This document shows, one piece after another, positions 1 through 9,286 of a stretch of DNA of 64,000 nt. Under the pieces are notes generated by a model that did no database searches, was not told the origin of the DNA, and saw only the letters and a program-made list of their open reading frames with translations. Source of the DNA: Candidatus Hodarchaeaceae archaeon (lineage in GTDB: Archaea; Hadarchaeota; Hadarchaeia; Hadarchaeales; Hadarchaeaceae); the NCBI GenBank assembly GCA_030018135.1, contig JASEGJ010000002.1, forward strand, positions 1,230-65,229. Direction: 5' to 3'. Both the position numbers and the translations under genes were made by a program. Numbering within the stretch: the stretch's first letter is position 1; each line of letters begins with the position of its first letter.

Positions 1-573
1 GACCGGATCCTCAGGGAGGGGGTAGCCGACGAAGTCGTGCGCATAGACGACTTCCCGATCCTAAAGGAGATAACGGAGCGCGATAAGGACTTTAAAAGAC
101 ACGTGCGCTCGGAGGGCGATTTTTTAATCACGGACCGCTCGGTCTACGACGATGTCTTGAAGGAGATCAACCGCCGAGTTAAGCGGCTTTGGGGGGCGCA
201 CAAAATCGTCTTCATAGAATTTGCGCGAAACAGCTACACCGAGGCCTTTGAGAATTTTGATCGAGAGGTGTTGGACCGCTCGCTGATTGTCTATCTCTAT
301 TGCCCATTTGAGGTCTGCTTCGAGCGCAACATAAGAAGGTTTAAGGAAAAGCCCGAAGGCTTGGACGAGCACATCGTGCCGCGCGATTTGATGGGCGAGT
401 ACTACCGCCGCGACGACTACGAGGAGCTATTTCTGAGGTCCGAGCACGAGCTGAAAAAGCAGGCCCCGGCGCAGATCGTCGTCGTTAAAAATGATACCGA
501 GGGCTTGGAGGGGTTAAAACGAGAGCTGGAGAAGGTGATCGCCGCGTTGGGCGGCACCGATCGCATTTCGTGA
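1..573 (+). CDS. hypothetical protein, 5' end outside the window (possibly kinase/NTPase-like C-terminal part)
   Basis: Frame 1 is open from base 1 into the listed 37..573 ORF. No catalytic motif is visible in the part present. Confidence 0.45.
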   Translation, partial: DRILREGVADEVVRIDDFPILKEITERDKDFKRHVRSEGDFLITDRSVYDDVLKEINRRVKRLWGAHKIVFIEFARNSYTEAFENFDREVLDRSLIVYLYCPFEVCFERNIRRFKEKPEGLDEHIVPRDLMGEYYRRDDYEELFLRSEHELKKQAPAQIVVVKNDTEGLEGLKRELEKVIAALGGTDRIS

Positions 574-603
574 ATTGACTCATCTTTCATGAATCTTACC
601 CGT

Positions 604-1398
604 TCAAACGTCTCCCGGTAATGTGGGTAAGCGGGCGAGCACGGAGACCTTAAATCTACCATGCCCGTCTCGATCCCTTCCGATGAGCTTGGCCGTTTCA
701 CCGACCTCGGCCCCAAATTTTGTTTTGAGCAACGACGCCATTCGCCTCGCCAAGGTGGTTGAGCTGAGGTACAGATCGAGACCCCTTGGCTTCTCCTCGA
801 TTTTTGCTATAAATGCCGCACGATTTCGCTCGTGCGCGTCAGTCGCATACCCCTCGAGCATGCTCTTGATGCCCCTTAAAGTCTCGGCTGGTATTTCCCC
901 CTTCCCCCTAACCTGCAAAATTGCCTCGTGATAGCCCGCGCTCCTAAGGCTACATACGTCGCAGGTGGTCCACTTTGGCTTCACCTCAACCCTAGCTTGT
1001 TCCGCGTGAGGCTCGACCTGTGACTCATGAACCTTACCCCGCGCATGGATGTCCACAAACACGCCCTGTGGCCCGATCTCCGGCTCGATGCGCAGTTCCA
1101 TTCTGTCTGCTTGGCTTGGACGCACGAACCGCATGCCAGATTGGGTAAGCCGGGCCACCCGTAAAGCCGAGAGCGCTGCCGATTTGGCTGCGTTCCCAAG
1201 GGCTGACTCCTTATCAGCTGGCTCACTCCATCTGTTGCCGACGAGGTACGCGTTACATCTGCTGCAAATTTGCACCCGAACCTCGGATGGGGACCTGACA
1301 AGTCGATTCTCCTCCATAAAACAGGGCTGGCATAAACCTTGGATGAGTGGACCCCTCTCCGCCTCAAGCGCGCCGCATTTATAGCAAAATCGTCGCAT
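604..1398 (-). CDS. NMD3-family ribosome biogenesis protein
   Basis: N-terminal Cys clusters (FCYKCG, CQPCF, CSRCN, CDVC) and the overall layout of archaeal NMD3 homologues. Start placed at MRRFCYKCG. Confidence 0.8.
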   Translation of the reverse strand: MRRFCYKCGALEAERGPLIQGLCQPCFMEENRLVRSPSEVRVQICSRCNAYLVGNRWSEPADKESALGNAAKSAALSALRVARLTQSGMRFVRPSQADRMELRIEPEIGPQGVFVDIHARGKVHESQVEPHAEQARVEVKPKWTTCDVCSLRSAGYHEAILQVRGKGEIPAETLRGIKSMLEGYATDAHERNRAAFIAKIEEKPRGLDLYLSSTTLARRMASLLKTKFGAEVGETAKLIGRDRDGHGRFKVSVLARLPTLPGDV

Positions 1399-1466
1399 GT
1401 TCGCCCCATTAACAGTTCGCAACGATTAGAATTAAGAATGTGGTTTGGTTCGTTGACTTTGGGCGC

Positions 1467-1757
1467 TCACATCCTAACCATTTGCGCATGCGGCACATTC
1501 CGAATTTGGATGACGTTTTCGCGGTCCACGAAGCCCTCCTCAATTGCGCGCTCCACGATCGAACCTATCATGTTTGCGATGGTTGCCTCGCGCAGGGCGG
1601 CCAAGCACTCCTCAACGCTTGCCTCCTTGCCGCCGTAAAATGATTTATCGATCTTGAGCTTGAGTTCGCCCTGCCTGAACTCCTTGCCTATCAGCTCCCC
1701 GTCGCAGATTATCACGAGCACCTCCTTGGCGGTGCGCACCACCCTCAGGCGCGGCAA
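1467..1757 (-). CDS. DUF424-family protein
   Basis: 96-aa ORF resembling the conserved archaeal DUF424 family, packed 2 nt from the aIF2-beta gene. Confidence 0.6.
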   Translation of the reverse strand: MPRLRVVRTAKEVLVIICDGELIGKEFRQGELKLKIDKSFYGGKEASVEECLAALREATIANMIGSIVERAIEEGFVDRENVIQIRNVPHAQMVRM

Positions 1758-1758
1758 G

Positions 1759-2169
1759 CTAAACGCTCCTCACGGAGGCGCGGGCACCACATGCCTCGCA
1801 CTTCAGCATATGGATCCTTTCCTTTTTTATCAGCTTTGTATCGGGCTTATTGCATTCGCGACAGAGCACGAACTCCTGCACGTAGCGCTTGATCCGGTCG
1901 GCGACGACAGACTTCACGAACCTGCCCTGAAAAATCGCCTGAGTGCCCTCGAGATTGCCCGCGGCGCCGAGTTCCCGCAAAAGGTATTTTAGCATATGCT
2001 CGGGCTCGCGATTTAAAGCGCTCGCGATGCTCCTGAAATTCCGCAGGGTCGTGCGGTTGCCTATTACGGCGACATCCGCCTCCGGGATCTGAAAGCGCTC
2101 CCGCTCAAAGACCGCCTTTGGAACCTGCTCAAGGGCGCGATTCAACAACTTTTCGTAGTCCTGTGCCAA
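1759..2169 (-). CDS. eif2b: translation initiation factor aIF2 beta subunit
   Basis: eIF2-beta core with C-terminal zinc ribbon CRECNKPDT...CEACG. A TTG start at 2169 gives the usual x-DYEKLLNRA N-terminus and removes the overlap with the upstream gene. The longest ORF runs to 2220. Confidence 0.9.
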   Translation of the reverse strand: MAQDYEKLLNRALEQVPKAVFERERFQIPEADVAVIGNRTTLRNFRSIASALNREPEHMLKYLLRELGAAGNLEGTQAIFQGRFVKSVVADRIKRYVQEFVLCRECNKPDTKLIKKERIHMLKCEACGARASVRSV

Positions 2170-2173
2170 TTGT

Positions 2174-2908
2174 TCACCCCAGGCGCTTAAACCTGTCGAC
2201 CTTCGGCTCGAATATTTCACCGTCCGAGATCAGCACGCGCAGCGCGTCCTCCACTTCCGCTCGAGTCATGTCCAGCTCAGCGGCGATGTCTATCGGCGCG
2301 ACGCCCTCTCCCTTATCCAGTTTGTCGAACGCGAGCAGGACCTTTTTCTTGACATCCTCGGGCACCTCCGGCAACGGTTCCTCCGCCTCCTCTATTGCCT
2401 CGACCGTTGGCTCAGACTCCGGCACAAATGGCATTTCCACCTCTAGCCGCCTAACCTCTGGCTTGAACTTTGGTCGCGGTCGCTCCCCCCGCGCCAGCAT
2501 CTGCCTTCTCGCGCGCAGTATCTCAAGCTCCCGCACCAGTTCCCAATTTGGGTCCTCGACGCGCGCGATCATCTCCGGCACCAGATATATCTCACCCGCG
2601 TACTCACGAACCCGGCCGATGACATCTATGAGCTCGCCGATGTTCAAGTCCGCCAAGGTTCGCACATCTTGCTGCCAAGCCTTCAGCCTAATCGTCTCGC
2701 TACCGTCGTCGATGCGCAGGGTCGCGTAGGTTTGGTCCTCGCTAAGATATTTTTCAACGACGGTCGCCAAGACCCGAGCGCGGGAGATCCGTTGGCCCCA
2801 CGGCGTGAGGAGGTGGCTGGGCTCGGTGCCGTCGGGGGAGCGCACGTACTTACCACCGACGAGGTCCTCGATCTTAACCTTGAAAGCAGTCGATCGCATG
2901 AGCATCAA
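2174..2908 (-). CDS. OB-fold ssDNA-binding protein with C-terminal winged helix (RPA32-like)
   Basis: N-terminal OB-like region, acidic linker (EAIEEAEEPLPEVPED) and a C-terminal wHTH-like segment (DMTRAEVEDALRVLISDGEIFEP). Confidence 0.65.
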   Translation of the reverse strand: MMLMRSTAFKVKIEDLVGGKYVRSPDGTEPSHLLTPWGQRISRARVLATVVEKYLSEDQTYATLRIDDGSETIRLKAWQQDVRTLADLNIGELIDVIGRVREYAGEIYLVPEMIARVEDPNWELVRELEILRARRQMLARGERPRPKFKPEVRRLEVEMPFVPESEPTVEAIEEAEEPLPEVPEDVKKKVLLAFDKLDKGEGVAPIDIAAELDMTRAEVEDALRVLISDGEIFEPKVDRFKRLG

Positions 2909-2975
2909 GGATATGTCAAAGCCGCAACTTTAAAACCTTTACAACGATGGCAAAATGTGCATATTTGGCTCGCGT

Positions 2976-3026
2976 GATGTCACAGGTGTGACATCCGCGG
3001 CGCTGCCCCAACGTCACAGCTGTGAC
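2976..3026. promoter_or_regulatory. two GTCACA-NN-TGTGAC palindromes in a divergent promoter region
   Basis: GATGTCACAGGTGTGACATC (2976-2995) and GTCACAGCTGTGAC (3013-3026), with centres 34 bp apart, between the RPA-like gene and cgi121. Confidence 0.45.
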
Positions 3027-3182
3027 AATCAACGATGTTCCGCCAGCGGGAGAGCCGCGCGCGCCAAATCCTCCCCTAGGATATTTGAGTGCGTAAGGCA
3101 AAACAAAATTTTGGCTGCCATCAAGTTTTCCGACCGAGCCAACAAACAAATATCGGCGATTATCATAGGGTAACAGAGCACC

Positions 3183-3791
3183 ATGTTCGAGCTAACCGGC
3201 ACATTTGGCAAGCGCACGGTCGGTGTGGTCGGCGGTAGAAAGACCGTAGATGATGTCGACGGGGTGCTCACAAAACTTGCAAGCATTGATCGCAAACATG
3301 GCACGGTAAGCCAAGTGTTTGACGCTTCACGCATCGCTGGCAAGGGGCACCTCGTACACGCCGCGCGACTCGCGCTCATGGCGCACGGCACCAACAGGGG
3401 TTTCGCCAGCTCCATGGAGATCGAGCTCGTGTGCTGGGCTGCGGGCCTGCGACAGATAGACCGGGCACTCGAGAGGGTCGGCATCCGTAGCGGTTGCGAG
3501 ACATTGGCAATTTTGACCATCGGAAGGACACGCGCACAAGTGGGGCGCGCACAAGCGGATGCGGTCCACGAGTTAAAAATTGAACGGGACGACGGGGTTG
3601 TGGAACTCACGCCGCAAAAGGTCCTAACGCTGCTGAGGATCTTCTCCATACCAAAGCGAGAGCTGAAGATCGCCGATGTTCAAAAGCTCGTGTTCGAGCG
3701 CATGGCACTGCTCGGCTTGGAAAAGATGTCCGCTCCACCCTTTAAAGGGGGAGGGGCAATAAAGCTATTTGAGGACCATGGAGAGCGATGA
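3183..3791 (+). CDS. cgi121: KEOPS complex subunit Cgi121
   Basis: Characteristic FDASRIAGKGHLVHAARLALMAH...MEIELVCWAAGLRQI block of archaeal Cgi121. Confidence 0.75.
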   Translation: MFELTGTFGKRTVGVVGGRKTVDDVDGVLTKLASIDRKHGTVSQVFDASRIAGKGHLVHAARLALMAHGTNRGFASSMEIELVCWAAGLRQIDRALERVGIRSGCETLAILTIGRTRAQVGRAQADAVHELKIERDDGVVELTPQKVLTLLRIFSIPKRELKIADVQKLVFERMALLGLEKMSAPPFKGGGAIKLFEDHGER

Positions 3792-4077
3792 GAGAGTATT
3801 CGATGAAATTTTTGGCGACTCATCGAGAGCTCGGGTAGTCGGCCTTCTGCTCAGCAAAGGGAGAAGCCATGGAAAGTCGGATATCTTGGCGGCGACCGAG
3901 ATCAGCCCCCGCGACCTAGAAGCCTGTCTGCAGAAGCTTATGGCCCTAGGCATCATAATTGAGGAGAACAGAAAGTTTCGGATAAATACCAAGTCCAAGG
4001 TTGGTCGGGCGCTTCATGTATTCCACCAAGAACTTCTGCTCGCCGAGGCTGAGGCTTTCGGCCACCACGGCGTTTAG
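3778..4077 (+). CDS. small winged-helix DNA-binding protein
   Basis: ~100 aa with an HTH-like segment (SKGRSHGKSDILAATEISPRDLEACLQKLMALGII). Family not identified. Confidence 0.45.
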   Translation: MESDERVFDEIFGDSSRARVVGLLLSKGRSHGKSDILAATEISPRDLEACLQKLMALGIIIEENRKFRINTKSKVGRALHVFHQELLLAEAEAFGHHGV

Positions 4078-4085
4078 GTGGACCG

Positions 4086-4625
4086 ATGGCAAAACTCATC
4101 GTCACAAGCCGCGGGTTATCGAACACCAGACAGACCATCGCCGCGCTCAGGGTCGTCGTGCCGGGGGCGCGCATCCGACGGACCGGCTTCAGGGGCGTCA
4201 CCTCGCTCGAGGCGGATGGCGACGTATTTGAGCTGGCTAAAAATGTAAACCGGGAATGCTTCGCGAGCGTGGGACGGGCGACGGCGGTATTAATGGAAGT
4301 GGAAAGCAGGCCCGAGGCGATAAAAGGGGCGGCGGTCAAAATTGGCGTCGAAAACATCAGAGGTGACGAAAAGTTTTGCTTCAGGCTGCACAAGCGCGGC
4401 TCGCACCGGCTCGAGCAGGAGACACCGAAACTTGAATACGAGATAGGCGGCGCGATCTGGACCGCCGTCCAACGGAAGTACAAAAGGGAGCCGAAGGTGG
4501 ACCTTAAAAATCCGGATGTGATGGTGATCGCCGAAGTCCTTGGGCCGAACACCGCCGTGGGCATCCTGAGGAAGGCTTGGCGAGCGGGCACTACCCAACA
4601 AGCTCCTCAAAGGACTCGTCCTTGA
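4086..4625 (+). CDS. THUMP domain RNA-binding protein
   Basis: Ferredoxin-like N-terminal part followed by a THUMP-like FCFRLHKRG...LKNPDVMVIAEVLG pattern. Confidence 0.7.
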   Translation: MAKLIVTSRGLSNTRQTIAALRVVVPGARIRRTGFRGVTSLEADGDVFELAKNVNRECFASVGRATAVLMEVESRPEAIKGAAVKIGVENIRGDEKFCFRLHKRGSHRLEQETPKLEYEIGGAIWTAVQRKYKREPKVDLKNPDVMVIAEVLGPNTAVGILRKAWRAGTTQQAPQRTRP

Positions 4626-4878
4626 TTATCTCCGTGACGCGGGCACATGCGGGCATTATCGGCCTTTCGGAGCAGGTGAGGTTGCCGTCCTCGTCGATGG
4701 AAACGTACTTGGCCTTCAGCGGCTCCTTCGCCTCCACGGCGATGCATATGAGCTCTGCCTCCGTGCCCGCGTAGACGTAGAAATAATGTCTTCCCTTGTA
4801 ATTGTAGTAGAAAATCCACCCCTGCCCCCTAGCGATGTTCACCACGTCCGCCAGATTCTTGCACCAGTTGATCTTCAT
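4591..4878 (-). CDS. hypothetical protein (95 aa)
   Basis: Clean ORF with plausible composition, convergent with the THUMP gene. No family recognised. Confidence 0.4.
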   Translation of the reverse strand: MKINWCKNLADVVNIARGQGWIFYYNYKGRHYFYVYAGTEAELICIAVEAKEPLKAKYVSIDEDGNLTCSERPIMPACARVTEIIKDESFEELVG

Positions 4879-4931
4879 GTTTTACCCATTCCGTAGCTTT
4901 GCCCGGCGCCCTTAAAACATTTCAATTGCAC

Positions 4932-6107
4932 TCAAGCGGGCGGGGCTTTAACCCCGGCTGCCTCCTTTAATTTCTCGACTCCAAAATAGGATCCCCTCAC
5001 GATCAGGGAGTCCCCTGCCCTGACCCTGACCTTCATGCTCGGGTCGAAGATGTAACATTTGCCCCTCTTTATCATGAGCACGTATGCGCCCATGGTCGCC
5101 CAGAGGTTTAGCTTGCCCAGCGTTTTACTTACCAAAGGGGAACCTTCCGAAACGTCGACCTTGGCTATTCGCTCGTCGGCCTCGGCGATGGCCCGCGCGA
5201 AGACCGGGTGAAGTTCAACCCCGCGAAGGACGACGTCCACGATGGAGTCCGCGGCGTCCGATATCTTCTCCATGCACTTGACTACCTGCAGCACGCTGTT
5301 GAGCCTCGCGACGTCCCGCTCACGTTTCGCCGCCCTGAGCGTTGCAAGCCAGAGCTTGTAGTTGAGCTTGTCGAACTCCTCCTCGAGCTCCCTGACCCAT
5401 TCGGCGATCTCGCGCGAGCCGAGCAAGATCGAGGAGTACGCCATATCGACCATCACGCTGCTCAGGTCGCGCATCTCCGCGAGCGCATCCCTGATCGACG
5501 CGAGGCCCTGCTTGGGAACTAAAGCCATTTTTGGGGCGGCCGCCATCTTGCTCAGGGTATTTATGCCGTCCTGCGGCCCCCGCGCGATGAGCACGTCGCC
5601 CGCCGACGCCTCGGCATCCCTTGTGGGGGGGACGATCCAGGACTTGTCCCTCTTTATGGCCAAAACCCAAACGCCTATGTTCGAGGGGAGCCTGAGCTCC
5701 GAGAACCTTTTGCCGAGCAGCATCGAGCCATCCGCAACTTCTATCTTGGCCACCTTCTCGTCCGCGTTGGCTATGGCCTCGCGCACGACCGGGTGGATGT
5801 CTATGCCCCTGAGGACGAGATCCGCCATGTCGCCAGTTGCGTTGGATATCGCCTCCGCCGCGCTCGCGACCTGGAGGATGCCAGTTATCTTTCGAGCTTC
5901 CCTGACGTTACGCGCGGCAACTGCCGCAATTATCCTGATGCTGTACATGAGCTCGTCCATGCGCGCCTCCAGCTCATGCACCCGCTCCGCTATTTCATCG
6001 TCTTCAAAAAGCAGCGACGCGTATGCGAGATCTATCATCAAGTCCGAGACATCCTTCATCTCGGTCAGGAGCTCTCGTACGCTTTTCGGCTTCCAGATTT
6101 TCGCCAT
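4932..6107 (-). CDS. regulatory protein with duplicated PhoU-like + TrkA-C (RCK_C) modules
   Basis: Internal duplication: each half has a helical PhoU-like segment followed by a TrkA-C-like segment (GKRFSELRLPSNIGVWVLAIKRD... and SKTLGKLNLWATMGAYVLMIKRG...). Start placed at MAKIW. Confidence 0.8.
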   Translation of the reverse strand: MAKIWKPKSVRELLTEMKDVSDLMIDLAYASLLFEDDEIAERVHELEARMDELMYSIRIIAAVAARNVREARKITGILQVASAAEAISNATGDMADLVLRGIDIHPVVREAIANADEKVAKIEVADGSMLLGKRFSELRLPSNIGVWVLAIKRDKSWIVPPTRDAEASAGDVLIARGPQDGINTLSKMAAAPKMALVPKQGLASIRDALAEMRDLSSVMVDMAYSSILLGSREIAEWVRELEEEFDKLNYKLWLATLRAAKRERDVARLNSVLQVVKCMEKISDAADSIVDVVLRGVELHPVFARAIAEADERIAKVDVSEGSPLVSKTLGKLNLWATMGAYVLMIKRGKCYIFDPSMKVRVRAGDSLIVRGSYFGVEKLKEAAGVKAPPA

Positions 6108-6114
6108 TTTTTTC

Positions 6115-6675
6115 TCACACACCTACTATTTTGACCGCTATAAGTAAGCACGTTACGCCGAGCAAATCGACGATGGAGGTGACGATGGGGATGACCACGT
6201 TGTCTGGGTCAAAGCCCTTCGCGAATGAAATAAATGCGGATGCGACGGTTGCGAACACTATTACCGGCACCAGCATCATGCTGGCTATCAAAAATGTGAG
6301 CATAAACCTGACGGAACTCACGAACACCATGCCGAGCATGTACGCGATGGCGAATATCACTAGGCTGACGAATGAGAAGATCCCGACGCTCATGAATACC
6401 GATGCACTGATGTTGCCGCTCAGCACCCTCTGCCCCTTGAACTTGGGCTCGGCTGTACCCATGTGCAGGGCGGATGCCAGCCTGGCACCCAATATGCTGC
6501 CGATGTTGCCGCCTATGCCGTTTATCGGCGGGATCATCAACAGGATTATCGGCGCCTCCTTGATTTTCTCGATCTGAGCGTTGAGCATGTAGCCCGCAAA
6601 AATTCCTATTATCGCGCACGCCAGCAACACGGGATAGCTTTCAAGCACTATTCTGCGCGCGCTGTAGGTCGTCAA
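6115..6675 (-). CDS. MgtE/SLC41-type divalent cation transporter membrane domain protein (copy 2)
   Basis: 186-aa polytopic protein with MgtE-TM-like motifs (PPINGIGGNIGSILGARLASALH, DPDNVVIPIVTSIVDL). Confidence 0.8.
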   Translation of the reverse strand: MTTYSARRIVLESYPVLLACAIIGIFAGYMLNAQIEKIKEAPIILLMIPPINGIGGNIGSILGARLASALHMGTAEPKFKGQRVLSGNISASVFMSVGIFSFVSLVIFAIAYMLGMVFVSSVRFMLTFLIASMMLVPVIVFATVASAFISFAKGFDPDNVVIPIVTSIVDLLGVTCLLIAVKIVGV

Positions 6676-6679
6676 GCTT

Positions 6680-7240
6680 TCACCCCACTAAAAGTAGAGC
6701 TAGAAAAATGCATGCCACGGTCACGAAGTCGCCGATCGTCGCCATCATCGGGCTTGTGATGTTGTCGGGGTCCAGGCCCTTTACGTACGCGGCCACCGCT
6801 ATCGCAAACGTCATCGCGGCCAGGATGACGCCGGAGGTGAAACCAGCTATAACGGCTATGGCCATCAAGCTCAGGATGCCGATCGTCTCGAAGCCCGTCA
6901 AGACGCATGCCATGAACGAGAGCGCACCTATCGTCGCGGACGCGAGGAAGCTGAGGATCAGCGATGAGATTATGTTTGTCTTCACCTCGGCCGTCAAGGC
7001 GAGCCGGGGCTCGAGGATGCCCGTGTGCAGCGCCGTCCCGAGCCTCGACGCTAGGGCACCGCTGATGTTGCCCCTCAAGTCGAGCAGGGGCGGGACCATC
7101 ACGAGCAACCCGGGAAGGAGGGCGAAGCGCTTCTCCATGCCCCTCAGCGTGAAGCCAGCGCCGAGCTCGATGAAGGCGCAGAACAACAGGATCGACAGCC
7201 CTTGAATTACAATGGTTCTAACGTTGACCTCCCTAGCCAT
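6680..7240 (-). CDS. MgtE/SLC41-type divalent cation transporter membrane domain protein (copy 1)
   Basis: Paralog of the downstream 186-aa gene (PPLLDLRGNISGALASRLGTALH, DPDNITSPMMATIGDF). Confidence 0.8.
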   Translation of the reverse strand: MAREVNVRTIVIQGLSILLFCAFIELGAGFTLRGMEKRFALLPGLLVMVPPLLDLRGNISGALASRLGTALHTGILEPRLALTAEVKTNIISSLILSFLASATIGALSFMACVLTGFETIGILSLMAIAVIAGFTSGVILAAMTFAIAVAAYVKGLDPDNITSPMMATIGDFVTVACIFLALLLVG

Positions 7241-7308
7241 CGCCGCACCCGAAGGAGGTTGGCTTGGTTCCTATTTATATTCAAAAATATTCAAAATTGC
7301 ATGTTGTA

Positions 7309-7333
7309 GGGGAGCGCGCCTACTGAAGTAATC
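7309..7333 (-). promoter_or_regulatory. degenerate fourth copy of the GATTACTTTCRGT...CTCCCC element
   Basis: In gene orientation it reads GATTACTTCAGTAGGCGCGCTCCCC, upstream of the MgtE-like/PhoU operon. Only the two flanks match the three good copies. Confidence 0.3.
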
Positions 7334-7410
7334 GATGGTGAAAAAACAAACCGGGCCATACGATAGCTATAGAACATGAACATGGAAAAGGAATAGTTGT
7401 TTGACAATAT

Positions 7411-8680
7411 GTGGGGACAATGAGCTTGAAGCTTGGCAAGACAGGGTCGGACTATCGCTTGTTTCGCTGGGGCGTGTTGGCTACCGGTTTTACCATCAAC
7501 GCTTGCTTGGGCATTCTATATGCTTGGAGCGTGTTCATCCCCACCCTAGAAGAGGCGTTCGGTTGGACTAGGACGGAGGTGGCGCTACCATTTGTGATAG
7601 CGACCCTGTCTTTCTCCTTCGGTATGATTTTTACTGGTCGATTGCAAGACAGGCCAGGCCCGAGGACCATTGCCCTGTGCGGTGCTGCCCTCGCGGGCGG
7701 AGGCTACATGCTCTCCTCACTTGCGGAGAGCTTGCCGCACCTACTTATCACGTACGGTCTGATCGCTGGGTTGGGCAATGCGGCCGGTTATATCGCCGCG
7801 GTATCCGCTGGGCTCAAGTGGTTTCCGGACAAAAGAGGCCTTGCTTCGGGCATAGTCGTCGGCGGGTACGGCCTTGGAGCATTTGTTTTTGCGCCGGTGG
7901 CGACGCACATGATCGCCGTAGCGGGTTGGAGGATGACATTCACGATTCTTGGATTACTATCTATTTTTGACAATAATGGGCATTTGTTCCCTCGTTTTGA
8001 AAAATCCACCGATGGGATGGATGCCAGCTGGCTGGAAGGTCACACGAACCAGCTCATCCTCAAGCTCAACTTTTTCGGCAGATCTCGATTCATGGGGGAT
8101 GTTAAAAACGGCCCGATTTTACATGCTGTGGGCGATTTTCTTCCTTTCCTGCCTTACCGGGCTCATGGTGATAGCAAATTTGAAACCCATCGCCATTGCC
8201 TTTGCTGGCCTCGACCCGATGGAAGCGGCCATCGCCGTAAGCGTACTGTCGGCGTTCAACTTTATGGGCAGAATAGCGCTGGGCTGGGTTTCAGACGTTG
8301 TCGGGAGGATAAGGACGCTGGCCATGATATCTGCCATGATAGCGGCGAACATGCTTTTGTTTCCGATGTATGGTACGATGGTTTTGATCTACATGGGGGC
8401 GGCGATAGTTGGGCTCTGTTTTGGAACGAATCTTGGATTGTTTCCAGCGATAACAGCCGATAACTGGGGGACGAAGCACCTGGGCGTAAACTACGGAATC
8501 ATGTTGACGGCTTGGGGGGTCGGCGGCTTGGCTGGGCCGGTCATCGGAGGATATGTGCACGATGCAACTGGCAGTTACACGTACGCATTCTGGATTGGGT
8601 CAATACTTGCCATCGTTACATTAATGCTCATGTTTATCGTGACGCGCAAGCGCTTCGGATACCGTAAATATGTGCCGTGA
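7411..8680 (+). pseudogene. MFS transporter (oxalate/formate antiporter-like), frameshifted
   Basis: Two ORFs (7411..8463 and 7949..8680) together make one 12-TM MFS protein. The frames switch inside a T5 run at 7964-7968, and shortening the run by one T gives ...ILGLLSILTIMGICSLVLKNPPMGW. May be an assembly error. Confidence 0.75.
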
Positions 8681-8908
8681 AAAACGGCTTAAAAGATTAG
8701 GGCGTGATATTGCAGTACTCCCGCAGGCAACTAAAAACTAGCGGCTCTTCGATTTTTTTGTCCTCTCCAAAAATTTTCCGGTATTGTTACGGCTCCTTTC
8801 CGGAAAACCTCCTTTAAATATAGCTACGTGATGTTGTTCGACCACCATTTCGATACTGTAAAGGGTATAGACGAATTTTCTTTTATCGAGCGGATCCGCT
8901 GAACTTCG

Positions 8909-9148
8909 CTACCCAAAGAGCTCCTCCTCGTCTTCATCGACATCCTTTTTCTGTTTCGCCTTCGTCCCTTCGACTTCTGCGTATTTCTGTTCAGGCCCCG
9001 GCAACCCGCTGCGGTTTTTATCGGAATTCAGAAGCAGCTCCAGCGCATCCCTGAGAACATTTGCTGGATATTTGTTGACCTTCGCGCAGTATTGCAGAAA
9101 CTCGACATATTTTGCTTGGTCTACTTTGGTAGAAATCACCCTTTTCAT
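8909..9148 (-). CDS. small ribbon-helix-helix-like protein
   Basis: 79 aa. The N-terminus (KRVISTKVDQAKYVEFLQYCAKVNKYPANVLRDALELLL) fits a CopG/Arc-type RHH. The tail is acidic. It lies directly downstream of the integrase. Confidence 0.45.
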   Translation of the reverse strand: MKRVISTKVDQAKYVEFLQYCAKVNKYPANVLRDALELLLNSDKNRSGLPGPEQKYAEVEGTKAKQKKDVDEDEEELFG

Positions 9149-9286
9149 ACTTTGCTCACCTCCTTTTCATTTTTGCAGGATTGTCTACCACGGTTTTCCA
9201 GAGTATACCCGAAGTAGACGGTTTTTGATCATGAAAATGAAAAAACAACCAGCGAAACTTTCGATTGACATAAGCCATCACCCCAA

